Positions 27,718 through 45,640 are shown, numbered from the stretch's first letter. The stretch is 64,000 nt of DNA from the human T2T-CHM13v2.0 reference genome, Homo sapiens (GCF_009914755.1 NC_060925.1), one strand, 5' to 3'. The notes: generated by a model from the letters alone, not told the origin. Made by a program: numbers and translations.

Positions 27718-27976
27718 TTTTTATTATTATACTTTAAGTTCTAGGGTACATGTGCACAACGTGCAGGTTTGTTACATATGTATACATGCGCCGTGTTGGT
27801 GTGCTGCACCCATTAACTCATCATTTACATTAGGTATTTCTCCTAAGGCTATCCCTCCCCCCTCCCCCCACCCCACGACAGGCCCTGGTGTGTGATGTTC
27901 CCCATCCTGTATCCAAGTGTTCTCATTGTTCAATTCCCACCCATGAGTGAGAACATGTGGTGTTTGGTTTTCTGTC
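27718..27976 (-). mobile_element. Short 5'-truncated L1PA (about L1PA5-7) 3' end
   Basis: TTATACTTTAAGTTCTAGGGTACATGTGCAC...; perfect 18-bp TSD TAAAGGAGCTATTTTCTT at 27700-27717 and 27977-27994. Confidence 0.93.
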
Positions 27977-30900
27977 TAAAGGAGCTATTTTCTTAAAGTT
28001 AATATTGACTCAGCTTGAAAACCATTCAAAACACCAATTGTCATTGTTGTTAGAAACGAAAATATTTAAACAAGACAAAATTTCTGATATGAATAAATGG
28101 AAGAGTTAACTACAGCCTTATTAACATTTTTTTTTTACTTTCCTAGATATTATGACTCTTTTGTATCCTTAACCATAACACCATCCTACCTTTATGCTTT
28201 TCTCAGATCAATGAAATCAAATTGGTCATTTTCTCCAGGGTGCCCTTTAAAGTCTACTGAAAGCAGTTCAGCTCATTCCCTCCTTACTCCATCTCTTTCC
28301 TAACACTGTGTTTAATTGGTTATTGTTTCCTCCACTTGGGTTGTAAGCAGTTAATTGTGTTTGTTTTTTTTCCTTTATTTCAAGAGTGATATTTTGCCTC
28401 ACTTCTTGGGTGGGATATGAACATTGTTCAAGGCACTTCCATTGTTCTGCAAGCCATATATCATTCATTGTGACTAGACCATACCCCCATCCATACACAC
28501 AGACTCATCCACAGTCTAAATTCATTCCTTAATTATCACTGTACATGTAGATCATTCAAATATTAGTTCATTTGATTGGTTTACAAAGCTTCTCAACTGC
28601 TAATTTTATTATTTGATAGACCAACAAAAGCAAATGCACAAATTATTAAAATTACAGAATTTGAAAATTGAAGGGATGTCTTAAAATTCATCTAACTTAA
28701 ACTCAAATATCATATGCACCTTTATTCCCAGTAAGAAACAAATTTCTCATTAAACATCTGTGGTATACCAAAACCTGTATTTGGCATGCGGGAAATTGAG
28801 AACTAGATGACACACTTGCCACTTTCATGAATCAAGTACATGAAGAAAAGTTACACTAAAAAAGGTAGTTTAATGATTCTTCAGAATGAGACAAAAAAAC
28901 CTATCAACAGGCAATTGCATCAAATAAATCAAAGCAGTTGCCTGCTAGTTGCTTTAAATTCACATGGACAAAGGCTGTACTTGTTTTTGATCTTATTTCT
29001 TCTTGTAAACACCTTTCTCTATATATTTTTTCTAGGTGTATGAAATAATCTGAAATAATTTCTGAGGGTTCCACTTTTACAAGCTAAAATCAGTGCCAGG
29101 TGCTTTCTTAATCTTGTTCATAAACCTCAGAATGGCTTTGAATCCTTCTGCTTTGACCAAAATGGACTTAAACTATAGAAGTGTTGAGTTTTTCTTAGCA
29201 CAGATATTGGTAACTTTAGTCTGACATCTCCCCACCTGGGTGATTCTAAGGATGTCACAGAATAATAAGCACAGTAAACAATTAGCATCATCCAACAAAC
29301 AGCCCTCAAATGGTCTGTGGCATCTGTTTGTCCCTAGCTTGAAAGCTAATAAGAGCCAGGACTCTCCAAGGTACCTTCCTTTTCAGCTTCAAATTTAATT
29401 ACACTTTCTGCATTTCAAACCATTGAGGTACTTATGGCTAGAGAGAACACTCACATTATTTTATAGTAGAACAAATTAAGAAACCCTGCATAAGTGGGCA
29501 GAATGCCAGCTTGCAATTCTCCAGAAGTCTTGACTCACACAGCAGTGTTTCTTGCAGGACATCTACTTGTTTAGTTTTTTGTTTGTTTGTTTGTTTGTTT
29601 TTTAGAGTTTTTATTATAAGGAAAATTCGCACGTTAGCTGTTTTTTAAACTTCTGTAGTAAAACATAAAATTAGCAATGCAACTGTAAGTAAGAGGATCT
29701 GGGTGAATTAAAAAACACGAAGTGTATACATAAAAGCTGAAAGGAGGCAATATAATAACCTTGGAAAATGGTTGACAAGTCATTGATTAATCACATTGAA
29801 CAAAATATTTAATATGCACAGAAACATTAGAGAATAGAGAAGTACTCAATATTTTAGAGAATAAATTTTCCTTGATTATACACATCAGCATTATTATGAT
29901 TTATCCAAATATTTGGTAAAGTATTATAACTTTCTCTTTAGACAGTTATCTGTTCTAGGTTTACCTGGATATTTTTCATAACAAAACAAATGGCGTATTA
30001 ATAATCAGTATGGAAATTTATGAAATGTGTTTTCCCAAAAATATCTTTATACTATAAATTGAGTAATATATAGAAATGCTTTTAATAAGCAGGCAGAAGG
30101 TTTGGTTTAAAAGTGTTATACTTAGGTAATTAAATCTTGCAATGAAGTTTCTATATCAAAAGACGACAGCTTTTTCACTTATGCACTTCTGGGAAAAGAC
30201 TATCAACCATTAATAGTCCTTATGACAAGGCTGAACGCTAATATTTGCAAGCTTTCAAAGGAGTTGCTAATTATACACAAAGGAACAAAAGGTGTTGAAA
30301 ACTATAACAAAAGGGCTTAGATTAGTCCAGTGAAGTTTCCTGAATTCAAAACTTGCTAAACATGTTCTCCCCTGAGAATTATGATTATTAGTTGTTCCCT
30401 AATAAAAATGGTAAATGAAAATATTAGTGTTTGCTATAGAAAGACTAATTTAAGAATAGTAAAACCTAAAGTTTCTATTGCATTCTTCTTCCATAGTTTT
30501 AACCTAGGTATTCCATGAGAATGGTAATAGCATATTACCCTTTGTGACTTCAGATTATATATTAAATGACCAGTGTGTTCTTAGTTTATGGGGGAAAAAA
30601 AAAAAAACAAAGGAAGGAAGGGAGAGATGGAAGGAGGAATTGAGGGTGAGGCAGATAAATTAGACTTTAGTTTTTAATATCTAACCAGGTGAATTATTTA
30701 TTCGGGGCAGAACAGTCACCCCTACTTTTTACCATCAGTCTGCTTCTGAAACAGTAATATAGGTGGTATGAGGCACACTGCACCTCTTATGTCACTCACC
30801 TTTTCCCCAAGTTGCCTTAAACGGAGATATATATCTTTAGTAAAGATAAATAAGATATAAAACTAGTTGAGAACTGTTCATTACCTTTTTTACGTGTATT

Positions 30901-31052
30901 CCATTTACTGGTTTTCTGCAATAGGGAAGAGAGGGATGCTAACATGGAGGAGAAGAGCACAGGAAAGGAGCCATTGTGTCTACTACACTTACCACTTAGT
31001 TACTTTGTATTGACTAGTGCTAAGAACAAGATTCCATTTGGGGTGCAAAATA

Positions 31053-31490
31053 TAATTGACCCTTGAGCAATGTGGGAGTTAGCACTGAACACTGCACTGT
31101 TGAAAATTCATTTATAACTTCTGACTCCCCCAAAACTTAACTATTAATAGCCTACTGCTGACTAGAAGCCTTGCCAGTAAAAAGCAGTTGATTTAAATGT
31201 ATTTTGTATGTTATAGGTATTATACACTGTATTCTTACAATAAAGTAAGCTAGAAAAAATAAAATTTTATTAAGAAAATTATAAGTAAGGGAAAATGTAT
31301 TTACTCTTCATTAAGTGGAAGTGGATCATCATAAAAATCTTCATCCTTGTCATCTTGACGTTGAGTAGGCTGAGGAGGAGGAGGAAGGGGAGGGGTTGGT
31401 CTTGCTGTCTTAGCGGTGGCACAGGTGGAAGAAAATCCAAGTATAAGTGGATCCATGCAGTTCAAATTTATGTTGTTCAAGGGTCAACTG
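31053..31490. mobile_element. Tigger2a-like non-autonomous TcMar element
   Basis: TIRs (T)AATTGACCCTTGAGCAA and TTGTTCAAGGGTCAACTG, TA on both sides, about 438 bp. Confidence 0.85.
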
Positions 31491-31639
31491 TATTGACATA
31501 TTTATCTAAAAGCTTAACAACTTTTCAAAATGTGAATATTTTTATTTTCTTTCTTACTCTCTGTCCCAGTCATGAAGTCAGGGACAAATATCTAGTCTCA
31601 TTCCTTGTACTAGGATTTTTTAACCTTAATTTTCATTTT

Positions 31640-31878
31640 TTAATTTATTTTTTCTTTAATAAATAGTAATTGTACATATTCATGGGATACAGAGTGATGT
31701 TGCAATACGTATAATGTGCAGTGATCAGATTAGAGTAATTAGCATATCCATCATCTCAAACATTCATCATTTCCTTTTGTTGGGAGTGTTCAATATCCTC
31801 CTTCCAGCTTTTTAAAACTATATATTATTGTTAACTGAAGCCACTTTACAGTAGTATAGGACACTGGAACTTATTCTA
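31640..31878 (-). mobile_element. L1MA (about MA5/6) 3' end
   Basis: AATTGTACATATTCATGGGATACAGAGTGATG...GTAATTAGCATATCCATCATCTCAAACATT. Confidence 0.8.
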
Positions 31879-32127
31879 TTTTGTTGTTGTTTTTACTGCA
31901 ATGTTTCTCACCCCCAATTTTTGCTCCATACTTTCTCTTTGTTATTAAAGGATAAGCAATATATATTCTCCTGAAAGATCAGGTGGAAACAACCTTTTCC
32001 ATTTGGAATTCCTACAGGCTAATCTCCCCTACCCCCACCTGGAGTCCTGCTTGCATGTCTTTTATTCCTACAATCCTGCTGCAATGGGTAGTACCAAAGA
32101 AAGCCAGTGGAGCTCAAACTTTTGAAA

Positions 32128-32129
<2 letters not shown>

Positions 32130-32169
<40 letters not shown>
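32130..32169. repeat. (AC)20 microsatellite
   Basis: Perfect dinucleotide run about 170 bp upstream of the full-length L1. Confidence 0.97.
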
Positions 32170-32171
<2 letters not shown>

Positions 32172-32336
32172 CTAGAATAAAAAGCTCATGTCTGAATGGC
32201 TTGTGTCTGAACGGCTCCATAATTTATTCTTCAACTTGCCACTCTCCCATAGTAGAGGTTAGATGACTCTATTTTATTTTTTTTCTTCTAACCTATCTCT
32301 GAATAGAAAAAGAAACTGATTTAGAATGGAGAAGTC

Positions 32337-33242
32337 GGGGGAGGAGCCAAGATGGCTGAATAGGAACAGCTCCAGTCTACAGCTCCCAGCGTGAGCGACG
32401 CAGAAGACGGGTGATTTCTGCATTTCCATCTGAGGTACCGGGTTCATCTCACTAGGGAGTGCCAGACAGTGGGCGCAGGCCAGTGTGTGCGCCCACCGTG
32501 CGCGAGCCTAAGCAGGGCGAGGCATTGCCTCACCTGGGAAGCGCAAGGGGTCAGGGAGTTCCCTTTCCGAGTCAAAGAAAGGGGTGACGGACGCACCTGG
32601 AAAATCGGGTCACTCCCACCCGAATATTGCGATTTTCAGACCGGCTTAAAAAACGGCGCACCACGAGACTATATCCCACACCTGGCTGAGAGGGTCCTAC
32701 GCCCACGGAATCTCGCTGATTGCTAGCACAGCAGTCTGAGATCAAACTGCAAGGCGGCAACGAGGCTGGGGGAGGGGCGCCCGCCATTGCCCAGGCTTGC
32801 TTAGGTAAACAAAGCAGCCGGGAAGCTCGAACTGGGTGGAGCCCACCACAGCTCAAGGAGGCCTGCCTGCCTCTGTAGGCTCCACCTCTGGGGGCAGGGC
32901 ACAGACAAACAAAAAGACAGCAGTAACCTCTGCAGACTTAAGTGTCCCTGTCTGACAGCTTTGAAGAGAGCAGTGGTTCTCCCAGCACGCAGCTGGAGAT
33001 CTGAGAACGGGCAGACTGCCTCCTCAAGTGGGTCCCTGACCCCTGACCCCCGAGCAGCCTAACTGGGAGGCACCCCCCAGCAGGGGCACACTGACACCTC
33101 ACACGGCAGGGTATTCCAACAGACCTGCAGCTGAGGGTCCTGTCTGTTAGAAGGAAAACTAACAACCAGAAAGGACATCTACACCGAAAACCCATCTGTA
33201 CATCACCATCATCAAAGACCAAAAGTAGATAAAACCACAAAG
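32337..33242 (+). promoter_or_regulatory. L1 5'UTR: internal sense promoter plus antisense promoter, CpG-rich
   Basis: Only extended CpG-dense stretch in the window; YY1 motif AAGATGGC(T) at 32349-32357. The 906-bp length fits the L1PA2/L1Hs form lacking the older 129-bp segment. Confidence 0.9.
32572..32787 (-). CDS. ORF0: LINE-1 antisense ORF0, 71 aa
   Basis: MAGAPPPASLPPCSLISDCCASNQRDSVGVGP...RCVRHPFL is the last 71 aa of the 94-aa track ORF; ATG at 32787-32785. Confidence 0.88.
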   Translation of the reverse strand: MAGAPPPASLPPCSLISDCCASNQRDSVGVGPSQPGVGYSLVVRRFLSRSENRNIRVGVTRFSRCVRHPFL

Positions 33243-34259
33243 ATGGGGAAAAAACAGAACAGAAAAACTGGAAACTCTAAAACGCAGAGCGCCTCTCCTC
33301 CTCCAAAGGAACGCAGTTCCTCACCAGCAACGGAACAAAGCTGGATGGAGAATGATTTTGACGAGCTGAGAGAAGAAGGCTTCAGACGATCAAATTACTC
33401 TGAGCTACGGGAGGACATTCAAACCAAAGGCAAAGAAGTTGAAAACTTTGAAAAAAATTTAGAAGAATGTATAACTAGAATAACCAATACAGAGAAGTGC
33501 TTAAAGGAGCTGATGGAGCTGAAAACCAAGGCTCGAGAACTACGTGAGGAATGCAGAAGCCTCAGGAGCCGATGCGATCAACTGGAAGAAAGGGTATCAG
33601 CAATGGAAGATGAAATGAATGAAATGAAGCGAGAAGGGAAGTTTAGAGAAAAAAGAATAAAAAGAAATGAGCAAAGCCTCCAAGAAATATGGGACTATGT
33701 GAAAAGACCAAATCTACGTCTGATTGGTGTACCTGAAAGTGATGTGGAGAATGGAACCAAGTTGGAAAACACTCTGCAGGATATTATCCAGGAGAACTTC
33801 CCCAATCTAGCAAGGCAGGCCAACGTTCAGATTCAGGAAATACAGAGAACGCCACAAAGATTCTCCTCGAGAAGAGCAACTCCAAGACACATAATTGTCA
33901 GATTCACCAAAGTTGAAATGAAGGAAAAAATATTAAGGGCAGCCAGAGAGAAAGGTCGGGTTACCCTCAAAGGAAAGCCCATCAGACTAACAGCGGATCT
34001 CTCGGCAGAAACCCTACAAGCCAGAAGAGAGTGGGGGCCAATATTCAACATTCTTAAAGAAAAGAATTTTCAACCCAGAATTTCATATCCAGCCAAACTA
34101 AGCTTCATAAGTGAAGGAGAAATAAAATACTTTATAGACAAGCAAATGCTGAGAGATTTTGTCACCACCAGGCCTGCCCTAAAAGAGCTCCTGAAGGAAG
34201 TGCTAAACATGGAAAGGAACAACCGGTACCAGCCGCTGCAAAATCATGCCAAAATGTAA
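33243..34259 (+). CDS. ORF1: LINE-1 ORF1p (coiled coil, RRM, CTD; RNA-binding chaperone), 338 aa
   Basis: MGKKQNRKTGNSKTQSASPP...QNHAKM; REKG (235-238), ARR (260-262) and YPAKLS (282-287) motifs intact. Confidence 0.98.
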   Translation: MGKKQNRKTGNSKTQSASPPPKERSSSPATEQSWMENDFDELREEGFRRSNYSELREDIQTKGKEVENFEKNLEECITRITNTEKCLKELMELKTKARELREECRSLRSRCDQLEERVSAMEDEMNEMKREGKFREKRIKRNEQSLQEIWDYVKRPNLRLIGVPESDVENGTKLENTLQDIIQENFPNLARQANVQIQEIQRTPQRFSSRRATPRHIIVRFTKVEMKEKILRAAREKGRVTLKGKPIRLTADLSAETLQARREWGPIFNILKEKNFQPRISYPAKLSFISEGEIKYFIDKQMLRDFVTTRPALKELLKEVLNMERNNRYQPLQNHAKM

Positions 34260-34295
34260 AGACCATCCAGACTAGGAAGAAACTGCATCAACTAA

Positions 34296-38150
<3,855 letters not shown>

Positions 38151-38193
38151 ACAATGAGATCACATGGACACAGGAAGGGGAATATCACACTCT

Positions 38194-38227
38194 GGGGACT
38201 GTGGTGGGGTCGGGGGAGGGGGGAGGG
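38194..38227 (+). other. G-rich, G-quadruplex-capable tract of the L1 3'UTR
   Basis: GGGGACTGTGGTGGGGTCGGGGGAGGGGGGAGGG has more than four G-runs. Confidence 0.75.
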
Positions 38228-38544
38228 ATAGCATTGGTAGATATACCTAATGCTAGATGACACGTTAGTGGGTGCAGCGCACCAGCATGGCACATGTATA
38301 CATATGTAACTAACCTGCACAATGTGCACATGTACCCTAAAACTTAAAGTATAATAATAATAATAAAAAAAGAAAAAAAAAAAAAGAATGGAGAAGTCAA
38401 GAACACAAGACTTTTTGGTATGTGCTTGAATACTACAATTCATTTCAAAAGAAAACATCTGTAGTAGTTCAAGAATCAGGGGAACCACATTGAAACAGGA
38501 ATAGGGGCTCTTTGAAGCACTCTTCTAAAGTGAGTAGCAATTCA

Positions 38545-38715
38545 TAATGACAATATTTCCATTTATTCAGCAGTTACTAGGCAAAAAGCACTATAACAAA
38601 CACTTTACATGGATAATATCACTTCCTCTTAAAACAACACTGAGATACATGTGTTATTTTCCCCATTTGACAGATAAGGAAAATAAGACCAAAGAAGTTA
38701 AGTAACTATTAAAAT
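38545..38715 (-). mobile_element. MIR
   Basis: CACTTTACATGGATAATATCAC...CCCCATTTGACAGATAAGGAAAA...GAAGTTAAGTAACT. Confidence 0.7.
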
Positions 38716-38891
38716 ACTGTTTGACAAATCCAATCAAGACTCCAGGCTACCAATTACCAAAGTTAGCTAACTTATCAAATACAGGTTTAACTTGCTAACT
38801 TGTTAACTTCATAACACGCTAACTTGTCAATCCTTCTTTAACAAAACTTGAAGTCTCTCAATAAGTTTTATTTTTAAAAAAAGTGAGAGAG

Positions 38892-39054
38892 AGCTGGGCA
38901 CGTGGTGGCTCATGCCTGTAGTTTAAGCCACTTGGGAGGCTGAGGCAGGAGGATTGCTTGAGCCCAGGAGTTTGAGGATATAGTGTGCTATAATCATGCC
39001 TGTGAATAGCCACTGCACTTCAGCCTGGGCAACACAGTGAGACTCCATCTCCAA
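38892..39054 (+). mobile_element. FAM (fossil Alu monomer)
   Basis: Single monomer retaining the 7SL-like GCCTGTGAATAGCCACTGCAC segment. Confidence 0.8.
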
Positions 39055-39433
39055 ATTTTTTTTTTTTTAAAAGGAAGGAAAAGAAAGAATCCATACTATG
39101 AAATAATCTATACACAATTTACTAACATTTATAGAAAATATCTATAAGCAGTCTGTAGGCATACCCATCGCATGATTCTATTGTTAACTACCATGTGTCC
39201 TCAATAGGACATTTTGGAAGCCTTGGATAGGAGTGACTAGGGTAATAGGTACCTTTAAGTTTTAATTTAGGAGCTATTTTATTATCTACTTATGTGCCTC
39301 TATTGTTCCAAGTTTTTGTCATTTTTGTCATTATCATTATCATCTAACCTTAGTGAGTGCTTACTATTTCCTAGGTACAGAGCTTTTCAAATATTATCTC
39401 ATTTCATTCTCATAACCATCCGTTTAAGTAGGT

Positions 39434-41026
<1,593 letters not shown>

Positions 41027-42466
41027 TTATTATGTCTGTTTTATAAATGAAAAAATGAAGCTTGGAGAGGCCAAGTAACTGGCTAAAGATGACAATGTAA
41101 TAAGCTGGGATTCAAAGTTGGTTACCCCATCTGCTGTATTCTTAAGCACTGTGCTCTGATGCCATGTTACAAGTATAATCTGCACTGATACAGACTGCAC
41201 TGATTCCTTTTTTAATCTCACAGTTAATAAAGTAGTTGCTGAGTATTCTTCTCTGTTCACGCTTAAAGTATATAGACATATATATGTTATAGAATATATA
41301 TATATATACTATAACTCGAAGTATTATTGTCTCTGTTTTCCATTTCAAAACATGTCTATTTGACAGAACATCAGATTCTCTCCATTTCCCGACATGAATA
41401 TCTTGTAAAGACTAAGCTCATTATAACACAAATGTCAGATAAACCAGGACAAGAAGCAATGTTCTACATTGGATTTAGAATCTAAGGATAGTTCTCCGAT
41501 TCCTGCTGTGTAGCTAGTTAGTTACCTATCCCTTGAAAAGCCCCTCAACTTCTGTGTTGTCACTTCTTCCCTGCAAAAGGAGAAGTGTGAAATACTAGTC
41601 TGATATATCTAAAGTCACTTCTATATTTATAACCCTAGTTTGAGAGGTCTTCCTCAGGGCTTGTGACAAATGAAATTGTAAGTTTGTATTTCATATTTAT
41701 ACAAAAGAAAGAGAAAAACGTAGTAGACCCACAATTTTAAAGAGATTAACTCATACTTTAAAATATAGAATGAATTTACTGCCTAGTGTGAAAATTTGCT
41801 AATGGTATAAAAATCAAGATGATTCCACAATAAAGGCATAAAAAGTACATAACAATTTAAGGGTTTTTTTTGTTTGTGTGTTTGTGTTGTTTGTTTTTAT
41901 CCAAAGTTTGGTCAACACTTATGGTACAAGATCTCTAAAAATTTTGAGGAGTGCTTATCTAGAAGCGCAGGCATAACTGAACATTTATCCAATAATTTTA
42001 ATCAATACTGAATTTTAAAGACTTAGACATGAGATTTTCATAAATTCAGAAGAAAATTATTTCCAACTTAGAAATTTTAAGCTTATAGTTTTGGTTCCTT
42101 TAGAAAGCCAACAGACAATTTTACTTTACGGATAGTATTTTCTGAAGGAACAAATTTTTAAGTTCTCCAGTATCACAGTTACTATTGTGCTGTGGCTAAT
42201 AATGAAAGAATACTCATTATCTAGGAATTACTGCGAGTCTGTAAACAGTTTATCTTTCTTCTGAAATTGGCTAAAAGTATTCAATGACATTACTGAAGTC
42301 AGTCTGGTAGGTATTTAAAATTTCCGTCATTGAGGAAGCTAATACATTCTTTCTCAGAAAGGGAAAGCTGTCTTTTTATTTTTTTCTTATTAATACATTT
42401 TTATCATCCATATCTAAGAAACGCTCATCCCATAAAATGCTTACAGACATTAAAAACTGCTTTGCT

Positions 42467-42806
<340 letters not shown>

Positions 42807-42810
42807 TTAA

Positions 42811-42904
42811 TGTTTAAATACACGTTTGGACGTTCAAAACATATCTTGCAATAATTGTGTTTAAATAAATGTTTGGACGTTCAAAACCTATCTTGCAATA
42901 ATTG
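42811..42904. repeat. 47-bp tandem duplication (2 copies, 3 mismatches)
   Basis: TGTTTAAATA(CAC/AAT)GTTTGGACGTTCAAAAC(A/C)TATCTTGCAATAATTG x2. Confidence 0.93.
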
Positions 42905-42932
42905 AGATCCATTTAAAAGAAAACAGAGCAAG

Positions 42933-43112
42933 TATATGTATACATATATTTTACATATATATAAAAGAAAAAAGAGCAAATATATATAATATATTGCAAA
43001 TATATATATTGCAAATATATATATATTGCAAATATATATATATTGCAAATATATATTTGCAAATATATATAATATATTGCAAATATATATATATAGCATA
43101 TATATATATATA

Positions 43113-43150
<38 letters not shown>

Positions 43151-43184
43151 ACTAATGTGTGTGTGTGCGTGTGTGTGTGTGTGT
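42933..43184. repeat. AT-rich minisatellite [TTGCAAA(TA)n] x6 plus (AT)16 plus (TG)n
   Basis: Direct reading; includes a 22-bp perfect palindrome at 43049-43070. Confidence 0.92.
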
Positions 43185-45479
43185 ATGCCTAGGACTTCCA
43201 TGGAAAAGATTCTGGGAACAGCAAAATTCTTTTAAGGAAGAATCCACTTTTGCAACTTCTTTCAGAAAAGTGAGAAATTCAACCTTTGTCCCCTCCACTG
43301 ATGCCTGCTAAAATGCTGAATGTATTTTTCATTGGTTTCTGAGCTCCCTACACAGATATATAAGAATCCAGAACGCAGATCTTAGATTTAGAAGCTGAGA
43401 AAGAAGTGGGTTTATGGTTAGAGTGGCACTAAACTCTGAATTTCAGGGTATGGAGGAAGGGTATGGAGGATGATCCAAAAGACAGTGAGTAGGAAGATGC
43501 AGATGGGAAGGCAGATAGGAAGGCACTAGACCAGATTAAGAAGGTTGGGGGAAAAAGTTAGGGATTTGAACCAGACAGATTTTCTGAGCTGGGGTATTAT
43601 CACAATGGAAAGGAAGAATCACTGAGGAAGAAACTGTTAAAAGCACAAATACACTAAGAAATTCAAATCCTTGAAATGGTTAAAAAGTTACACAGTAGCA
43701 TTTCAGTTTTCCAGTATCTGCGTATAACCCCATTTACTGAAATTAAACCCTATATTTATTATTCTAATTAAATATGAAATCATTTAATTTGTACAAACAT
43801 TTTTTATTACATTTGCAATTTCTTTAATCAAAAGTCTTCTTATTTATAGTTGGGAATGACTCTGTTTTTATCAGAAACCATTTTATTTCTTCTCATGGCA
43901 GGCTTATTTAATATATTCCATATTTGCCTTTAGTCTCATCCAGATCTCATCAAACATGAACCATTGTTTTCTTCACCAAGTGTCCAAAGGGTCAGTATCA
44001 ATGGTCAAGGGTCCACTCTAAATGCCCTGGCCCTGCAGCCACCCTTAAGAACTTTTGTTAACATTTCCACTGGAGTATTTGGGAATATTCGCCAAGAGTT
44101 ACAAAGAAAACATGGCTAGTGAAGAGAAACATTTGAAGTATATACAATCAATAAAACTCTCATCCAAAGCACAGCTGCTTAAGTAGTTTCCATTTCTCTA
44201 CCTCCAGCCAAAAAATACAGTATACCACTGAGTGGGAAACCTTGCTTAAGGAAGGTCCTATGTAGTTTATTTGGTCTGTTTTATGGGGATTTCCTCACAT
44301 GATAAATGCGAGGAGATTAAGAACTCTTGTAAGGGATGCTATAGTGGAGTTAGGCCAATTCAACCATAGTAAAGTGTAATAACTTATGAACTACAGGTTT
44401 AAAAGTATAATAACCAATGCTTTTCCCTATTAGTCTCTGTTTAGTATTTGCACAATCCATTCTTTATCCTAGTCATGCAAATAAGCATATTACTTAATGT
44501 TATTATGAATTAAAATTATTTATTGCATTCACTTTATTATATTGAATTGCCCAATTATTTTTGAGGCAATTTTAACAATGTAAAAATCCCTAAGCATATT
44601 TATTTAGTTTTTTGAAAAAAGAAATAGTTCATTTTCATTTAATAATATTCAAATCATCTTAATTGCCTTCAATGATACATGTAATGTTTTGAATCTTAAT
44701 AATTAGAGTTATTTAACTTGCAGGGTAACCAACTATGTACTGGAAAATGAGGGCAAGGCTCCAATTAACGTAGGAAAATAATGTTTGCATGTTTTAATAA
44801 CTTTTAAGAGGAAACATAAGATTTGAACTGTAACCACAATGATAGATGCTAGAAATGGAAAACACACTTGTTTGCTTAATTCATTTTTAAATATGTACAA
44901 AATTATTCCATGGAAAATGTAGATTTGTTTAATTAATATTAATTTGATTGTACTTGGAAAGATACATTGAAGGGAAGAGACTGAAGCAGAGAAACAAGAT
45001 CTGTTAGTAGGCTACAGATGTGCCTAGGTACAAGATAAAACAGTAATAGAAAATACATCATCACCATCGCCATCATCATCATACTAAGCAGTGTTAAAAC
45101 TGTTTCAAAATATTTCCTGTTTAATCTTCATGCAATATATAAGTAAATGATTTGAACACAGATCCATCTAACCTTAAAGCTCATTTTTCTCTACTTTAAA
45201 ATCATCTAATGATGACATTAATCTTATTTCTGTGATTTGTTGAAGTGTCAATGAAGCAGCCATATAGAAGTGTCAAAAACATTCTATCAATGCATGATTA
45301 AAGTATGATAATGAGGTTTTCATTCTATATAGTTAGTAGAAACAAAACGATCCAAAAATAAGGACTAGCCTTCATATTTATTAACCTAAGAGCCTGCCAT
45401 AGCAACTACTATTGCTACTACTGCTAATAATAGCAAATACCATTTATTAACTATTTCTGGCACATTCGTACAATTATTA

Positions 45480-45640
45480 CTATCTGGTACATTTCTTATT
45501 TATCACGCATCTTTCTTCGCTAGAATGTAGGCCCCATGAGAGCAGCCTCTTGGGGCTATTTTGTATATTGCTGAATCTCTAGCTTTTACATTACATATAG
45601 TTCAAAGTGCTGAAAACACTATTATTGAATGAACAATCAA
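45480..45640 (+). mobile_element. L2 3' end
   Basis: CTAGAATGTAGGCCCCATGAGAGCAG...TTGCTGAATCTCTAGC...TATTGAATGAA. Confidence 0.65.

Noticed and set aside
38399-38900. 3' transduction on the full-length L1
   Set aside because: The TSD follows the tail directly, so nothing was transduced into this site.
42881-43235. Overlapping Ile/Tyr-rich ORFs and a repeat-spacer look reminiscent of CRISPR
   Set aside because: Produced by the (TA)n array. The spacers are not unique and the DNA is primate.
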